DNA of 64,000 nt, taken from assembly GCA_038867615.1 (NCBI GenBank), contig JAWBYA010000004.1, positions 128,001 to 192,000 of the forward strand, in the 5' to 3' direction. Every line of letters begins with the position of its first letter. The stretch's first letter is position 1. The notes under the pieces were generated by a model. That model worked only from the letters and a program-made list of their open reading frames with translations. It had not been told where the DNA came from and made no database searches. This DNA is from Sulfolobales archaeon (GTDB lineage: Archaea; Thermoproteota; Thermoprotei_A; Sulfolobales; AG1). This document shows, one piece after another, positions 19,534 to 30,196 of the stretch. A program made the translations under genes and the position numbers.

Positions 19534-20148
19534 TTGAAGGACAATGCCTCCATAACCATGGGGTTCAGGAACTCAGCTATATTGCTGGTGATGTGGATAG
19601 CGATCTATCTAATAATAAGTGCATCGATCAACGGCTACCTCTTACCACTACTAAGCAGAGGAGGACTGGAAGCCACACAATACGCACCCTATATAAACAT
19701 AATCCTGGCACTAGCCTTTGGCTACATGATAGTGAGAGCACTAGCCAACACTATATACTGGTCCCTCAGGGCTAGGTACGAACATTCCCAAGCATCTGCT
19801 GTGAGGAGCGTTATGATTATAATAGGTATAGGCGCCCTCCTAGCAGGAATCGCTGGAGGTGTTGCCGGAGGAGCTGCTGGCGTAGCCCTCGGAGGCTTCC
19901 TAGGAATCGTGATCGGCTTCGCATCACAACAAGTCCTAGGCCAGGCGGTGGCAGGGCTCTTCTTACTACTAGCCAGGCCTGTGTCGATAGGAGATAGAGT
20001 AACAATAGCAGGCGAGACAGGGGTTGTCGAGGACATATCACCACTATTCATAAAAATACGGAAAGACGACGGGACATTAATGCTTATACCAAATAACATG
20101 GCCATAGGCGCAAAAATACAGATTATAAAGAAATATGGAGAGACCTAG
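19534..20148 (+). CDS. MscS-family small mechanosensitive channel
   Basis: GFASQQVLGQAVAG, RPVSIGDRV..G.VEDI, IPN. Confidence 0.88.
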   Translation: MKDNASITMGFRNSAILLVMWIAIYLIISASINGYLLPLLSRGGLEATQYAPYINIILALAFGYMIVRALANTIYWSLRARYEHSQASAVRSVMIIIGIGALLAGIAGGVAGGAAGVALGGFLGIVIGFASQQVLGQAVAGLFLLLARPVSIGDRVTIAGETGVVEDISPLFIKIRKDDGTLMLIPNNMAIGAKIQIIKKYGET

Positions 20149-20159
20149 GATTCGGCTCC

Positions 20160-20336
20160 TCACATGATCTTCGACAATATATCCTCGAGATCTTTCTCAA
20201 GCCTCTCCCTAGGCCTCCACGAAACATGTATAACCCTCACACCCTGCCTAGCAAGCTCCCTCGAGAAATGCTCAAGCCCAATGCTAACCAGCCTTGGCTT
20301 CCCCCTAAGCAGATCCAATGCCTTCTCAACACCCAT
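20160..20336 (-). CDS. Small FdrA C-terminal-domain protein (58 aa, absent from the ORF track)
   Basis: ATG 20336 to TGA 20160: MGVEKALDLLRGKPRLVSIGLEHFSRELARQGVRVIHVSWRP..., resembling the C-terminal tail of E. coli FdrA; starts 2 bp after the fdrA stop. Confidence 0.75.
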   Translation of the reverse strand: MGVEKALDLLRGKPRLVSIGLEHFSRELARQGVRVIHVSWRPRERLEKDLEDILSKIM

Positions 20337-20338
20337 GC

Positions 20339-21952
20339 CTAAAACCCCCTGAGAAACTCCCTAGAGAACATGTCTATTAAATCCATATCACTCCTCCTCA
20401 GAGAGATCATAGCAGCAGCGAGAGCCATGGTAGCGTTTGTCGGGAGGATTATAACGCCGAGCTCTCTTAGAATCCTCTCCTGGGATGCTAGATCCTGGGG
20501 ATCCTGATCCGTACCAACAACATGGGCTAGAAAAGCGATCCTCCTACCATCTTCCCTAGCAATCTCCATAGCCCTCTTAATAGCATCAACATGGGCTCCA
20601 GCAGGATCTCTATGGGCTCCATAGCCTAGGACAAAGTCAAGCATGATCACGGCTACTTCAGGATCTCTCGCTTCATCAACGATTCTCTTAAGCCTAATAC
20701 TAGGATCTATCATTGGGTGAGCCCTCCCCTCGGTGAACTCCTCACCCCCAAGATCTATAACCGTGTTCCCATAGCTCTTCCAAGGATCCCGCAGCCTCAG
20801 ATCATCCCTCAAGGGCGAGTTAGACCAAATATCGCCAACAAACCTGCCGAGAACAACCATGGCCTCATAGGCAAAAGTTCCTCCCGTGAAGAGACCCCTG
20901 ATATATCTCTGCCCCTCTCTAAGCCCTGCAATAGCATCCTCTATAGCTTTGATGGTTTTACCATCAATGCTGAGGACCTTTTGAGCCTCACTATATAGGC
21001 TTGGATCAGTGATCCTAGCAGCCTCAAGGACGGCTGCATGAAGAGTTCTCGTCTGAACGATCCTCTTGCTAGCCTCTGGATCTAGAGGCTCTATCTCCCC
21101 GCCAACAAGGCATGTAACATAGCTCTTCCTACCCCTCGACGCTATATAATCAAAGATCATATGCTGGATCTCCCTAGAAGGGGGTTTAGAGACTATAGTC
21201 ACAATGGATGTCCCAGGATCATTCTCGAACACATCGATCGAGAACAAAGTCATAAGACCCCCCACCTCTCTGCTAAGATCCCTACCACCAACACCGATAC
21301 CATGCGAAACACCCAACCCGATCCTGTGGAGAAGAACGCTCACCTCCTGAAGCCCTGTACCAGAAGCCGAGATCACACCTACAGAGCCCCTCCTAACAGC
21401 ATTGGCAAAAGCTATCGCAACACCACCAATTATAGAAGTCCCAGCCTCTGGACCCATTAGGAGGAGGCCCTTCTCATAGGCGTATCTCTTCATAGCAACC
21501 TCATCCTCTATAGGCACGTGGTCACTGAATAGATGCACATGAACCCCTCTCTCCAGGAGCTTCATAACAACCTCTCTAGCATATCTACCCGGGATCGAGA
21601 CCAGGGCTAGGTTTATATCTCTGTTTATATTCAGTGCTAGATCTAGATCCTCATATACCTCTAGACCCCTAGCCCCGTGCTGTGTGAGCAGCTCTTCCAC
21701 AAGCCTTGATATATTGTCTATATCAGCGTCTTCACCAAGCTTGAGAGCAACGATCAGATCGTTTTCTCCAGCGTCTTCACCATCACTTGTTAGAAATCCC
21801 TCTCTAAGCATTAGATCCTTGTTAAGCCTAGTACCCATGGCTATAAAGGCGTCTATAACACCGCTAACCTTTCTCAGCTCCTCCCCAATATGGAGTAAAT
21901 ATACGGAATCCCTGTAAAGACCCTTCTTAACAATATTAATAACTCTAGGCAT
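20339..21952 (-). CDS. fdrA: FdrA (AllF/YahF)-family acyl-CoA synthetase-like protein
   Basis: YRDSV, LFSDHV, MGPEAGT, ASGTGLQE, GVGGRDL, GLFTGGT, GRAHPMIDP; likely start ATG 21952. Confidence 0.85.
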   Translation of the reverse strand: MPRVINIVKKGLYRDSVYLLHIGEELRKVSGVIDAFIAMGTRLNKDLMLREGFLTSDGEDAGENDLIVALKLGEDADIDNISRLVEELLTQHGARGLEVYEDLDLALNINRDINLALVSIPGRYAREVVMKLLERGVHVHLFSDHVPIEDEVAMKRYAYEKGLLLMGPEAGTSIIGGVAIAFANAVRRGSVGVISASGTGLQEVSVLLHRIGLGVSHGIGVGGRDLSREVGGLMTLFSIDVFENDPGTSIVTIVSKPPSREIQHMIFDYIASRGRKSYVTCLVGGEIEPLDPEASKRIVQTRTLHAAVLEAARITDPSLYSEAQKVLSIDGKTIKAIEDAIAGLREGQRYIRGLFTGGTFAYEAMVVLGRFVGDIWSNSPLRDDLRLRDPWKSYGNTVIDLGGEEFTEGRAHPMIDPSIRLKRIVDEARDPEVAVIMLDFVLGYGAHRDPAGAHVDAIKRAMEIAREDGRRIAFLAHVVGTDQDPQDLASQERILRELGVIILPTNATMALAAAMISLRRSDMDLIDMFSREFLRGF

Positions 21953-21962
21953 GGCCCGTAAC

Positions 21963-22856
21963 CTAGTCTGAACAGACAGCAACAAGCCTGCAGAAAGAAG
22001 CCTCAGCACCAACGATCTTTACAGGGAAGCCTGCTATCAGGCACCTCCTATTAGCAACCTTATCTATATCGCCACCAGCATTCTCAACATGCAGGATCCC
22101 TTTGGGGAATAGGTAGGTGTGCATAAGCTGGTAATTCTCCGGCCATGGCATAACCTCGTCAACGTCTCTCCCAAACTTCTTCTTAAACTCGTTCACAATA
22201 TCCTGCCTGATCCTCCTGATCACGGTGTTGAGAGGATGATCTTGGGATACAGCGTCGACAGCGGTCCACCTGATCTTATTCTTGATCAGCCAGTCAGCGA
22301 ACTCCTTCATAGGGCCTGGGTGTTTCAACATATACCTCACGGGATTAGCCTCAGCCCTATACCAGGCATACCTATCATAGCCGGTCCTTATAACGAGGAT
22401 ATCATAGGGCTTGAGGGAGAGGTTATATGATTTGAGCTTCCTCTCGATCATATCAGAAGTATAGATATCAAGATCACTCACCTCATCACTTATATCAACT
22501 ATAACCCCCTCACCTATCCAGTATTCAACAGGGATCGAAGCTATATCAAGCCCAGCAGTATCAAAGTGAAGCGGACCATCCATATGAGTCCCTATATGGA
22601 ATGGTGTCTGGATATACTGGGCATTCACACCATGCTCCTGAACAGTCTTTATCCACCTGATCTCGAAGGGAGGATATGTGGGGAAGGGCGGTGTGTTTGG
22701 ACCCAGGGGTTGTGAGAGGTCATAGACCCTTGCTTTTGACCAATCAATAACATCGCTCCAGTTATAGAGGGGCCTCCCCTTAGCCCTTATCTCTGCCAAG
22801 AATTCTTCAAGTATATTACCTGGTCTCGGTTTCCACTCACCGAAATATATGGACAT
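21963..22856 (-). CDS. Cyclase-family (kynurenine formamidase-like) metallohydrolase
   Basis: HIGTHMDGPLH motif, VIRTG, HVEN. Confidence 0.88.
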   Translation of the reverse strand: MSIYFGEWKPRPGNILEEFLAEIRAKGRPLYNWSDVIDWSKARVYDLSQPLGPNTPPFPTYPPFEIRWIKTVQEHGVNAQYIQTPFHIGTHMDGPLHFDTAGLDIASIPVEYWIGEGVIVDISDEVSDLDIYTSDMIERKLKSYNLSLKPYDILVIRTGYDRYAWYRAEANPVRYMLKHPGPMKEFADWLIKNKIRWTAVDAVSQDHPLNTVIRRIRQDIVNEFKKKFGRDVDEVMPWPENYQLMHTYLFPKGILHVENAGGDIDKVANRRCLIAGFPVKIVGAEASFCRLVAVCSD

Positions 22857-23047
22857 AATGAGAACCCGTGATGATTAAGTCTAGATAGCTAATATATTGT
22901 TTCCCCATATAAAAGCCGCCTCTCACGTAATGCGATGATGCCCGGGAAACACTCCCCCTAAGATCCTATATTAACGCTGAGCCAATAGCCATAGGTTTAT
23001 ATTTATATACCCCATTAACGCATATAGTAGGATAAGGTGTTAATGAG

Positions 23048-24895
23048 ATGCCGATCGAGAACCTGTTCCAAGTGACCGGCTCGGCCATAAAAAACGAGAC
23101 TAGCATGCATCACAGGGCTGCTACAATGCAGCTAGCTAAAGCCCTACCATCTCCTGGAAAGTTTGATCCCTTGACAGGCACTGTGAAGATCGCTGGCAGG
23201 GAGATAAAGGTAGGAGGACCTCTTCCAAGCCTGGCTGAGGGCGAGAAACTGGTAAGGGTTACCCAGAGCCTCTGCCCATACTGCCAGAGGCTGCTTCCAG
23301 CGGTGATCTATGAGAGGGATGATAAGGTATATCTAAGGAAAATATGCCCCGACCACGGCAGCATAGACGAGCTCTACTTCGGCAACTCATACCTATACTA
23401 CAAGTTCCTCTCAAGAGGTGTTGATGGTAAGGGGGCTAGATATACATACACCGTGGCAGACGCCCCGTGCCCCTATAGCTGTGGGCTGTGCTCGATGCAT
23501 GTAAGCCATTCAGCGCTAACTAACCTTGTTATCACAAATAGATGTGATCTTGACTGCTGGTACTGCTTCTTCTTCGCCGAGAAGGCAGGATATGTTTATG
23601 AACCAACAATAGAACAGATCAAGTTCATGGTATCGCAGCTAATGAAACAGGGCGTTGCTACAGTGATCCAGATAACAGGTGGGGAGCCTACAATAAGAGA
23701 AGATCTACCACAGATCGTTAGAGAACTGAGAGCGATGGGTGTAACCCACCTACAGCTAAACACACACGGAATAACCTTTGCAAAGCTCTTCCACAAAGAC
23801 CCAGACCTAGCTGTAAAATATGCTAGAGAGCTTAGAGAAGCTGGTATCAATACCATATACATGAGCTTCGATGGTGTCACACCACAAACCAATCCTAAGA
23901 ACCACTATGAGGTTCCATTCACATTCGAAGTCTTCAGAAAAGCAGGGATGACCAGCGTGGTACTTGTCCCAGTAACAATAAAGTCTGTTAACGACCACAT
24001 ACTTGGCGATATAATAAGGTTTGCAGCAAAGAACATGGATATAGTGAGAGCCGTTAACTTCCAGCCCGTAAGCCTCACCGGAATGATGAAGAGGTTCGAG
24101 AGGGAGAGGTATAGGATAACCATAGCAGATGCAATAATAAGGATAGAGGAGCAGACAAACGGGCAGATTGATAGGGATTCGTGGTTCCCGGTACCAGCCT
24201 GTGTACCTATATCAGAATTCGCAGAAGCCCTCTCAGGCAAGTTTAAGTTCGAAATGACATGCCACCCGCACTGCGGTGCCGGAAGCTATGTCTACGTTGT
24301 TAGAAAAGGATCTTCCGCCTATGACTATGAGTTTGTCCCGCTAAGCAAAATGATCGATCTCGAAGGCTTCCTTGAATACCTCCACCAGAAGAGCGAGGAA
24401 CTGAGAGAAGGTAGGAGCAAGATACTGACAGGCCTAGGCCTTGCATGGAATGCCGTGACCAAGTTCATAAACTGGGAGAACGTGCCAGGAGAGATAAAGA
24501 AGATGCTTCCAAAAATGATCGTAGATATATTTGTCAAGCAGAGCTACGAGGCTCTCGGCGAGTTCCACTACAAGTTCCTCTTCCTAGGCATGATGCACTT
24601 CATGGACCAGTATAACTACGATGTAGAGAGGGTAATGAGGTGCGACATACACTACACAATGCCCGACGGAAGGGTGGTGCCCTTCTGCGCCTTCAACGTC
24701 TTGCCAGACATCTATAGGGACTATGTGCAGAAGCAATACTCAATGAGCTTCGAGGAGTATGAGAAGAAATACGGCCCCGGCAGAATCGGCGAGGCTATGA
24801 AGTTCAGAAGAACAAGGGACTATCTAGAAATGGTTAAGAAGCACCCGATATACCTAAGTCACTACCAGGAGTTCTTAAAAACAGATAGAAAGTAG
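23048..24895 (+). CDS. tes: Radical SAM tetraether (GDGT) lipid synthase Tes
   Basis: N-terminal SLCPYC..CPDHG, CPYSCGLC, radical SAM CDLDCWYC, HPHCG, MMHFMD.YNYD..RVMRCDIHY..VPFC. Confidence 0.85.
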   Translation: MPIENLFQVTGSAIKNETSMHHRAATMQLAKALPSPGKFDPLTGTVKIAGREIKVGGPLPSLAEGEKLVRVTQSLCPYCQRLLPAVIYERDDKVYLRKICPDHGSIDELYFGNSYLYYKFLSRGVDGKGARYTYTVADAPCPYSCGLCSMHVSHSALTNLVITNRCDLDCWYCFFFAEKAGYVYEPTIEQIKFMVSQLMKQGVATVIQITGGEPTIREDLPQIVRELRAMGVTHLQLNTHGITFAKLFHKDPDLAVKYARELREAGINTIYMSFDGVTPQTNPKNHYEVPFTFEVFRKAGMTSVVLVPVTIKSVNDHILGDIIRFAAKNMDIVRAVNFQPVSLTGMMKRFERERYRITIADAIIRIEEQTNGQIDRDSWFPVPACVPISEFAEALSGKFKFEMTCHPHCGAGSYVYVVRKGSSAYDYEFVPLSKMIDLEGFLEYLHQKSEELREGRSKILTGLGLAWNAVTKFINWENVPGEIKKMLPKMIVDIFVKQSYEALGEFHYKFLFLGMMHFMDQYNYDVERVMRCDIHYTMPDGRVVPFCAFNVLPDIYRDYVQKQYSMSFEEYEKKYGPGRIGEAMKFRRTRDYLEMVKKHPIYLSHYQEFLKTDRK

Positions 24896-25019
24896 CATAA
24901 AATAAACACCAATTTTACCATTATTATGATGTTTTTTCCAAGAAAGCGTTGATCATTGGGAATGTTTATTGTAAAACCTTATATCCTCCAAGTCACAGCA
25001 TATATGGTGCTCAGCGTTT

Positions 25020-26180
25020 GTGGAGGAATTCACGGTAACCCCCTGGGAGGTTAAGGGTAGGGTTGATTATGAGAAGCTGATAAAGATCTTTGGTACCGAG
25101 GCTATAACCAGAGATCTTCTAGAAAGGCTTGAGAGACTCGCTGGAGGAGAGCTCCACGTCCTTCTAAGAAGAGGTGTTTTCTTCTCACACAGAGATTTCG
25201 ATAAAATACTAGATGATCTCGAGAAGGGCAGGGGCTTCTTCCTCTACACAGGAAGAGGACCCTCAGGACCAATGCATATAGGGCATCTAATACCCTTTAT
25301 ACTTACCAAATGGTTCCAGGATAGATTCAGGGCCAATGTGTATATAATGATCACGGATGATGAGAAGTTTCTCGACGAGGAGAAGATGAGCCTTGAGGAG
25401 GCTAGACACTGGGCTTTTGAGAACACGCTCGATATAATAGCGGTTGGCTTCGACCCCGACAGGACATTCATATTCCACGACACAGAGTATATTGGTAAAA
25501 TGTACCCCCTAGCTATAAAGATAGCCAAGAAGATAAACTACAACCTGGTAAGGGCTGTCTTCGGCTTCACAGGATCCACAAATATAGGGTTGCTCTTCTA
25601 CCCAGCACTCCAGATAGTCCCAACGTTTTTCGAGAAAAAGAGATGCTTGATCCCCGCAGCAATAGATCAGGATCCCTATTGGAGGATACAGAGAGACCTG
25701 GCAGAGTCATTCGGATACTACAAAGTTGCTGCTATACACTCAAAATTCCTCCCACCCCTCACAGGGTTCGAGGGGAAGATGAGCTCGTCAAAGCCGGAGA
25801 CAGCTATCTTCCTTACGGACGATCCTAAGACTGTGAGGGCAAAGATCATGAAATACGCCTTCTCAGGCGGGCAGCCGACAATCGAGCTCCACAGAAAACT
25901 CGGAGGCAATCCAGACATAGATATATCTTTCCAGTGGCTCAAAATGCTCTTCGAACCTGATGATAGGAGGCTTAAAGAGATAGAGGATAGTTATAGATCC
26001 GGGGCCATGCTTACAGGGGAGCTTAAAGAATATCTTATCGATAAGATAAACAGATTCCTCGAGGAACATAGAGAGAGGAGGGAGAAAGCTAGAGAGATGA
26101 TCCACATATATATGAGGGAAGGAAAACTCGCCAGAACCATGTGGGAGAGAGATCTGCTAGACACAAATACAGATCCTTAA
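25020..26180 (+). CDS. trpS: Tryptophan--tRNA ligase
   Basis: VTPWEV, YTGRGPSG.MHIGH, AIDQDPY, KMSSS. Confidence 0.96.
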   Translation: MEEFTVTPWEVKGRVDYEKLIKIFGTEAITRDLLERLERLAGGELHVLLRRGVFFSHRDFDKILDDLEKGRGFFLYTGRGPSGPMHIGHLIPFILTKWFQDRFRANVYIMITDDEKFLDEEKMSLEEARHWAFENTLDIIAVGFDPDRTFIFHDTEYIGKMYPLAIKIAKKINYNLVRAVFGFTGSTNIGLLFYPALQIVPTFFEKKRCLIPAAIDQDPYWRIQRDLAESFGYYKVAAIHSKFLPPLTGFEGKMSSSKPETAIFLTDDPKTVRAKIMKYAFSGGQPTIELHRKLGGNPDIDISFQWLKMLFEPDDRRLKEIEDSYRSGAMLTGELKEYLIDKINRFLEEHRERREKAREMIHIYMREGKLARTMWERDLLDTNTDP

Positions 26181-26220
26181 TATATAAACTGTTTAACGGA
26201 GATAATTTAGGTGCTGCTAG

Positions 26221-27393
26221 GTGATTTTAGAAAGTAGTAGCGATTCCAACGGCCATATCATCGACAGATTTGGGAGACCATTCACAATAATGAGGATAAG
26301 CATAACCCATGACTGTAATTTCAAATGCTTCTTCTGCCACATGGAGGGAGAGGATCCAGAGTCAAAGAACTACCTAACACCAGAGGAAATAGGAATGGTT
26401 GCGGAGGCAGCATCAAGACTGGGTGCTAGGAGGTTTAAGATAACAGGGGGCGAGCCTACATTAAGAAGAGATCTGCCAGAGATAATAAAAGAGATCAAGG
26501 AGAAGGGCAGGGCTGAAGATATATCGATGACAACAAACGGTGTGCTCCTGAGAAACATTGCCACAAAGCTTAGAGAAGCCGGATTAGATAGAGTTAATAT
26601 AAGCCTCCACTCACTAGATCCAGAGAAGTTCTACCAGATCACAGGGACAAAGCTTATGGATAGAGTGCTCGAAGGGGTCGACGCAGCTATAAACGCTGGT
26701 TTCAAGCAGATCAAGATCAACATGGTTATACTCAAAAACTTCAACGAGGATGATGTGTGGAGATTAATAGACTTTGTAAGGGGGAAGAAAATAGTGCTAC
26801 AACTCATAGAGCTTCACCCGGTAGGCGAGGGGAGAAAGATCTTCACGCGGTTCCACACATTCCTCGACGATGTTGAAGAGAAGCTCTCAAAGACCTCGAA
26901 GATGAGGATCCGGAAGGAGCTTCACAACAGACCAATATACTATCTAGAAGGAGGAGGAGCTGTAGAGATAGTCAGGCCTGTGAAGAACCCCATATTCTGT
27001 GCAGCATGCACAAGAATAAGGCTCACCGCAGACGGTTATCTAAAGCCTTGCCTTGTTAGGAGTGATAACCTAGTATCTATAAAGGAGATCCTTAGAATGG
27101 ATACCGATAGAGAGAGGAAAATAGAGATGCTGATCGAAGCCCTACTCATAGCTAACTCACGTAGAGAGCCCTCAGCATACTGGAGGATAGGTGAGGAGTT
27201 TGAAAGAGAAGTCCAGAGATATCTTGGCAACGGAGCATTAGCAGATGGAACCCAAAGAATAAGGATATCTATCCCCAAAAAGCCCCAGCTAAACGTAAGG
27301 TTCATAGACATGCCTATACAAATCGCGATAAATAATGCTACTACTCCTAGAGCTAGTACTGGTTATAAGTATAAGATAGAGGATTTATTATAA
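26221..27393 (+). CDS. moaA: GTP 3',8-cyclase
   Basis: DRFGR, CNFKCFFC, TGGEP, C-terminal FCAACTRIRLTADG.LKPC. Confidence 0.92.
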   Translation: MILESSSDSNGHIIDRFGRPFTIMRISITHDCNFKCFFCHMEGEDPESKNYLTPEEIGMVAEAASRLGARRFKITGGEPTLRRDLPEIIKEIKEKGRAEDISMTTNGVLLRNIATKLREAGLDRVNISLHSLDPEKFYQITGTKLMDRVLEGVDAAINAGFKQIKINMVILKNFNEDDVWRLIDFVRGKKIVLQLIELHPVGEGRKIFTRFHTFLDDVEEKLSKTSKMRIRKELHNRPIYYLEGGGAVEIVRPVKNPIFCAACTRIRLTADGYLKPCLVRSDNLVSIKEILRMDTDRERKIEMLIEALLIANSRREPSAYWRIGEEFEREVQRYLGNGALADGTQRIRISIPKKPQLNVRFIDMPIQIAINNATTPRASTGYKYKIEDLL

Positions 27394-27431
27394 TAAAAAC
27401 CCGCACTTGATCCCACTATTAGATTCAGGGA

Positions 27432-29246
27432 TCACCTGGGTATTAGACCTATCATTGAGATTATCATTAACACTATTATCGCTATATGTGGCTTTAGTTC
27501 TTTATAATCGCTTTCATACGGCATGATATTTGTCGTCCTATACGCCATGTGGGATAGTCCTGCAAGGCTTAACATTGTAATAGCCAGTGCAGATGCGACA
27601 ACACCAGCTTTGAATGGATCTATGTATATAAGCGCGGCTATAGATGATACGATCATTACCAGGTAGAAAGCGCCCATGATAAACATCCACACAGGTAGCT
27701 CTCTTTCAGCCTCGACCGGTCTTTTAACCTCCTCCAGGGCTTCTTCTCTATCAGGGTCGGTAGCCATTGTTGCTTTGTCAATCTTGATCTTTGGGATCAT
27801 CGTTACCATGAGGATCCCCACAGCGCTCCCCAACGCTCCTATGAATATTGAGACAAGATTCTCAAACCCTCCTCTAATTAAGAGACTCTCCCAAGATCTT
27901 ATCGCTAGAACCACGCCAGATAGTATTAGCAACAGAACCCCCATATATGTAGCCACAAGTCCTCTAACTACATTGCTCCTCTTAATAACAATACCAGCAT
28001 GTCTCTTAGATAGAAGATAAATCCCTAGCACAACCACGATCATCGGTGGCACCATCACCTCAACCGCTTTGTCAAGTCCAACGGGCTCTCCAGGTGTGAG
28101 AGCACCCCATATAGTTGTCTGGATCAGGTAAACAACAATGAGAGCCCCTATAGCTGTATGCACGGGTCTCCTCAGTGGGTGTCTCTCATCGCTTCTATCG
28201 AGGAAAGGTACTAATAATAGGTAGAGCAAGGGTAGCGCGATCCCTACTATGAATGGGAGTAGTATTGGGCTCTCCGGTATGGTTATGCTTATAATCCCTA
28301 GATTTATAACTATAGGGCTCTGTATAGATAGGAACACAAAGTCGGCTACCTTGTAGAAGAAGAGGAAGAACCACGGTGGGTATGGCGGGTGTTCAGATAT
28401 AGTACCCCTTGGAGGGCCTGGTAATGGTGATATGAGCGGATGTATGCTTCCTAGTGAGAGGGCTATTGATAGCAATGCCAGCAATAACCCCCATGTGAGG
28501 CCAGTCATATATAATATATATAGAAGATTTGTTGGGAACCATGGAGCCAGGTCTTTTCTAGTCTGGCTTATCAGAGAGAGAGAAGCCTTCCACCTGCTCT
28601 CCTTAGGATCTGCAGGGGGTCCGTAAGCCTCGAATAACGCCATGTGTGCTACGAAGAGCAGCATGAGTAACGCTGCTGACATGATGTGAAAGGCGAGAAC
28701 CCTTCTATATGTCTCCTCAACGTCTGTGCCGAAAAGTAGCGCTAATATATAGTTACCAAGATCTGTTCCGAATACGCCTGTGACAACACCTTTACCAACG
28801 TTTATAGCGTCGTCAGCAGTTATATCACCTACAAGCACATAGCCTAGAAAAGCTGTGTTGAGCGTCATAACACCTGCAAGAACACCGACTATCCAAAGAA
28901 GCTCTCTGGGCTTTTTATAGGCTGCTTTGAAGAAGTTTCTGAACAAATGTATATATGCCGATAATATCATTAGATGTGCAGCATATAGGTGGGAAGAACG
29001 AAGCAGCTGTCCATATGGCACCTTTTCTATAATCCTCATTACAGAGTTATACGCATCTAGAGGGTTATACCATATTAATAGCATGAGCCCCGTTAAAACC
29101 AACCATGCAAAAGCCGAGGTTACGATAGCTCCTAGCCAAAAATCAAGACTGAAATGCGTATAGGGAACCTTCCTAAACGGTATATCCCTTAAATTAGCTC
29201 TATCAACGATCCAGTTCCATATTCTCTCAACAAAATTTGCACACAT
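27432..29246 (-). CDS. Cytochrome b subunit of a bc-type complex (SoxN-like)
   Basis: Haem His residues (SHLYAAH..HLFR; FHIM..HMA), YKKPRELLW, PPWFFL; extended C-terminal TMs; start uncertain. Confidence 0.85.
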   Translation of the reverse strand: MCANFVERIWNWIVDRANLRDIPFRKVPYTHFSLDFWLGAIVTSAFAWLVLTGLMLLIWYNPLDAYNSVMRIIEKVPYGQLLRSSHLYAAHLMILSAYIHLFRNFFKAAYKKPRELLWIVGVLAGVMTLNTAFLGYVLVGDITADDAINVGKGVVTGVFGTDLGNYILALLFGTDVEETYRRVLAFHIMSAALLMLLFVAHMALFEAYGPPADPKESRWKASLSLISQTRKDLAPWFPTNLLYILYMTGLTWGLLLALLSIALSLGSIHPLISPLPGPPRGTISEHPPYPPWFFLFFYKVADFVFLSIQSPIVINLGIISITIPESPILLPFIVGIALPLLYLLLVPFLDRSDERHPLRRPVHTAIGALIVVYLIQTTIWGALTPGEPVGLDKAVEVMVPPMIVVVLGIYLLSKRHAGIVIKRSNVVRGLVATYMGVLLLILSGVVLAIRSWESLLIRGGFENLVSIFIGALGSAVGILMVTMIPKIKIDKATMATDPDREEALEEVKRPVEAERELPVWMFIMGAFYLVMIVSSIAALIYIDPFKAGVVASALAITMLSLAGLSHMAYRTTNIMPYESDYKELKPHIAIIVLMIISMIGLIPR

Positions 29247-29259
29247 ATTCCCACACTCC

Positions 29260-30045
29260 CTATGCGCTTCCACCAACTTCTTCAGGTGTATATATGGTCA
29301 CGCGATCTTTAACCACATCTCCACAGAGATTGCATGTCTTACCAAATATAGTTGGCCCCACAACCCCCACGGCATATAGATAATCAGTAGAGCTATCCCA
29401 CTCAAGTATTATTGCTGGAAGGGGGCGAAGGGCTGGGTCTAGAAGCACAGCAGCACCTCTGTAAGGATCATATACTGTTCCATGACAAGCGCAGTGGAGA
29501 ACACCGCCCCTCTGGCCTATATCTGGGGGGTTTGTTCTAAATCTTGTTGGCTGTCCAGGGGGGTAGAACCTCAGCTGTGGGAATATGCAGCCTAGGTGCT
29601 GGCATATTAGGCTATAAGCTACAATAGATCTACTTGGCCCCACACCACCTGGGAAAACATATTTAGCAACATTTGGGGGACCCTCAATAGGCTTTTCCTG
29701 ACCTTCAACCGCTAGTGAGGGTACTTTGAGCGGATGCATCGTAACCAAGAGCTCTACGCTTTTAACCTCCACCGGGTTACCATTTCTATCGCCAAGGTTT
29801 ATGAGGATATTCTGTGTATCTGTTAAGGGATAGTAGAAGAGATAAGGCTTATTAACCGGAAGCTGTGAAGCCTTCACAGGCTCTCCGTTTGAAAATACAA
29901 GCAGGGATCGGGGGTATTCAGCTGCACCACTAAGAGCAGGCGGGGTAATATATCTGATCGTGGGGATTATTAGGGAGCTAAAAGCACCAGCTATGCCTGC
30001 TGCTGCCATGTATTTTATCACATCCCTCCGCCTGACACCGCCCAT
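29260..30045 (-). CDS. Rieske 2Fe-2S protein (SoxL-like)
   Basis: Tat-like RRRDVIK signal; CQHLGC and CACHG motifs. Confidence 0.88.
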   Translation of the reverse strand: MGGVRRRDVIKYMAAAGIAGAFSSLIIPTIRYITPPALSGAAEYPRSLLVFSNGEPVKASQLPVNKPYLFYYPLTDTQNILINLGDRNGNPVEVKSVELLVTMHPLKVPSLAVEGQEKPIEGPPNVAKYVFPGGVGPSRSIVAYSLICQHLGCIFPQLRFYPPGQPTRFRTNPPDIGQRGGVLHCACHGTVYDPYRGAAVLLDPALRPLPAIILEWDSSTDYLYAVGVVGPTIFGKTCNLCGDVVKDRVTIYTPEEVGGSA

Positions 30046-30196
30046 TATTTCCCCCTCTACCATTTTCTAGAGGACTATTAAAGGAGCTATTCTTCAATAA
30101 GCGTGCCTAGACTAGTTACAGAAATATACATCTATATAAAAGAATATGAATTCTTATAATATATACGCTTGATCCGATCACCTGAAAAGCCTTTAA

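Noticed and set aside
22935-22980. Possible second box C/D sRNA (GATGATG...CTGA)
   Set aside because: The C box is imperfect, there are no convincing D'/C' boxes, and it lies in a divergent promoter region.
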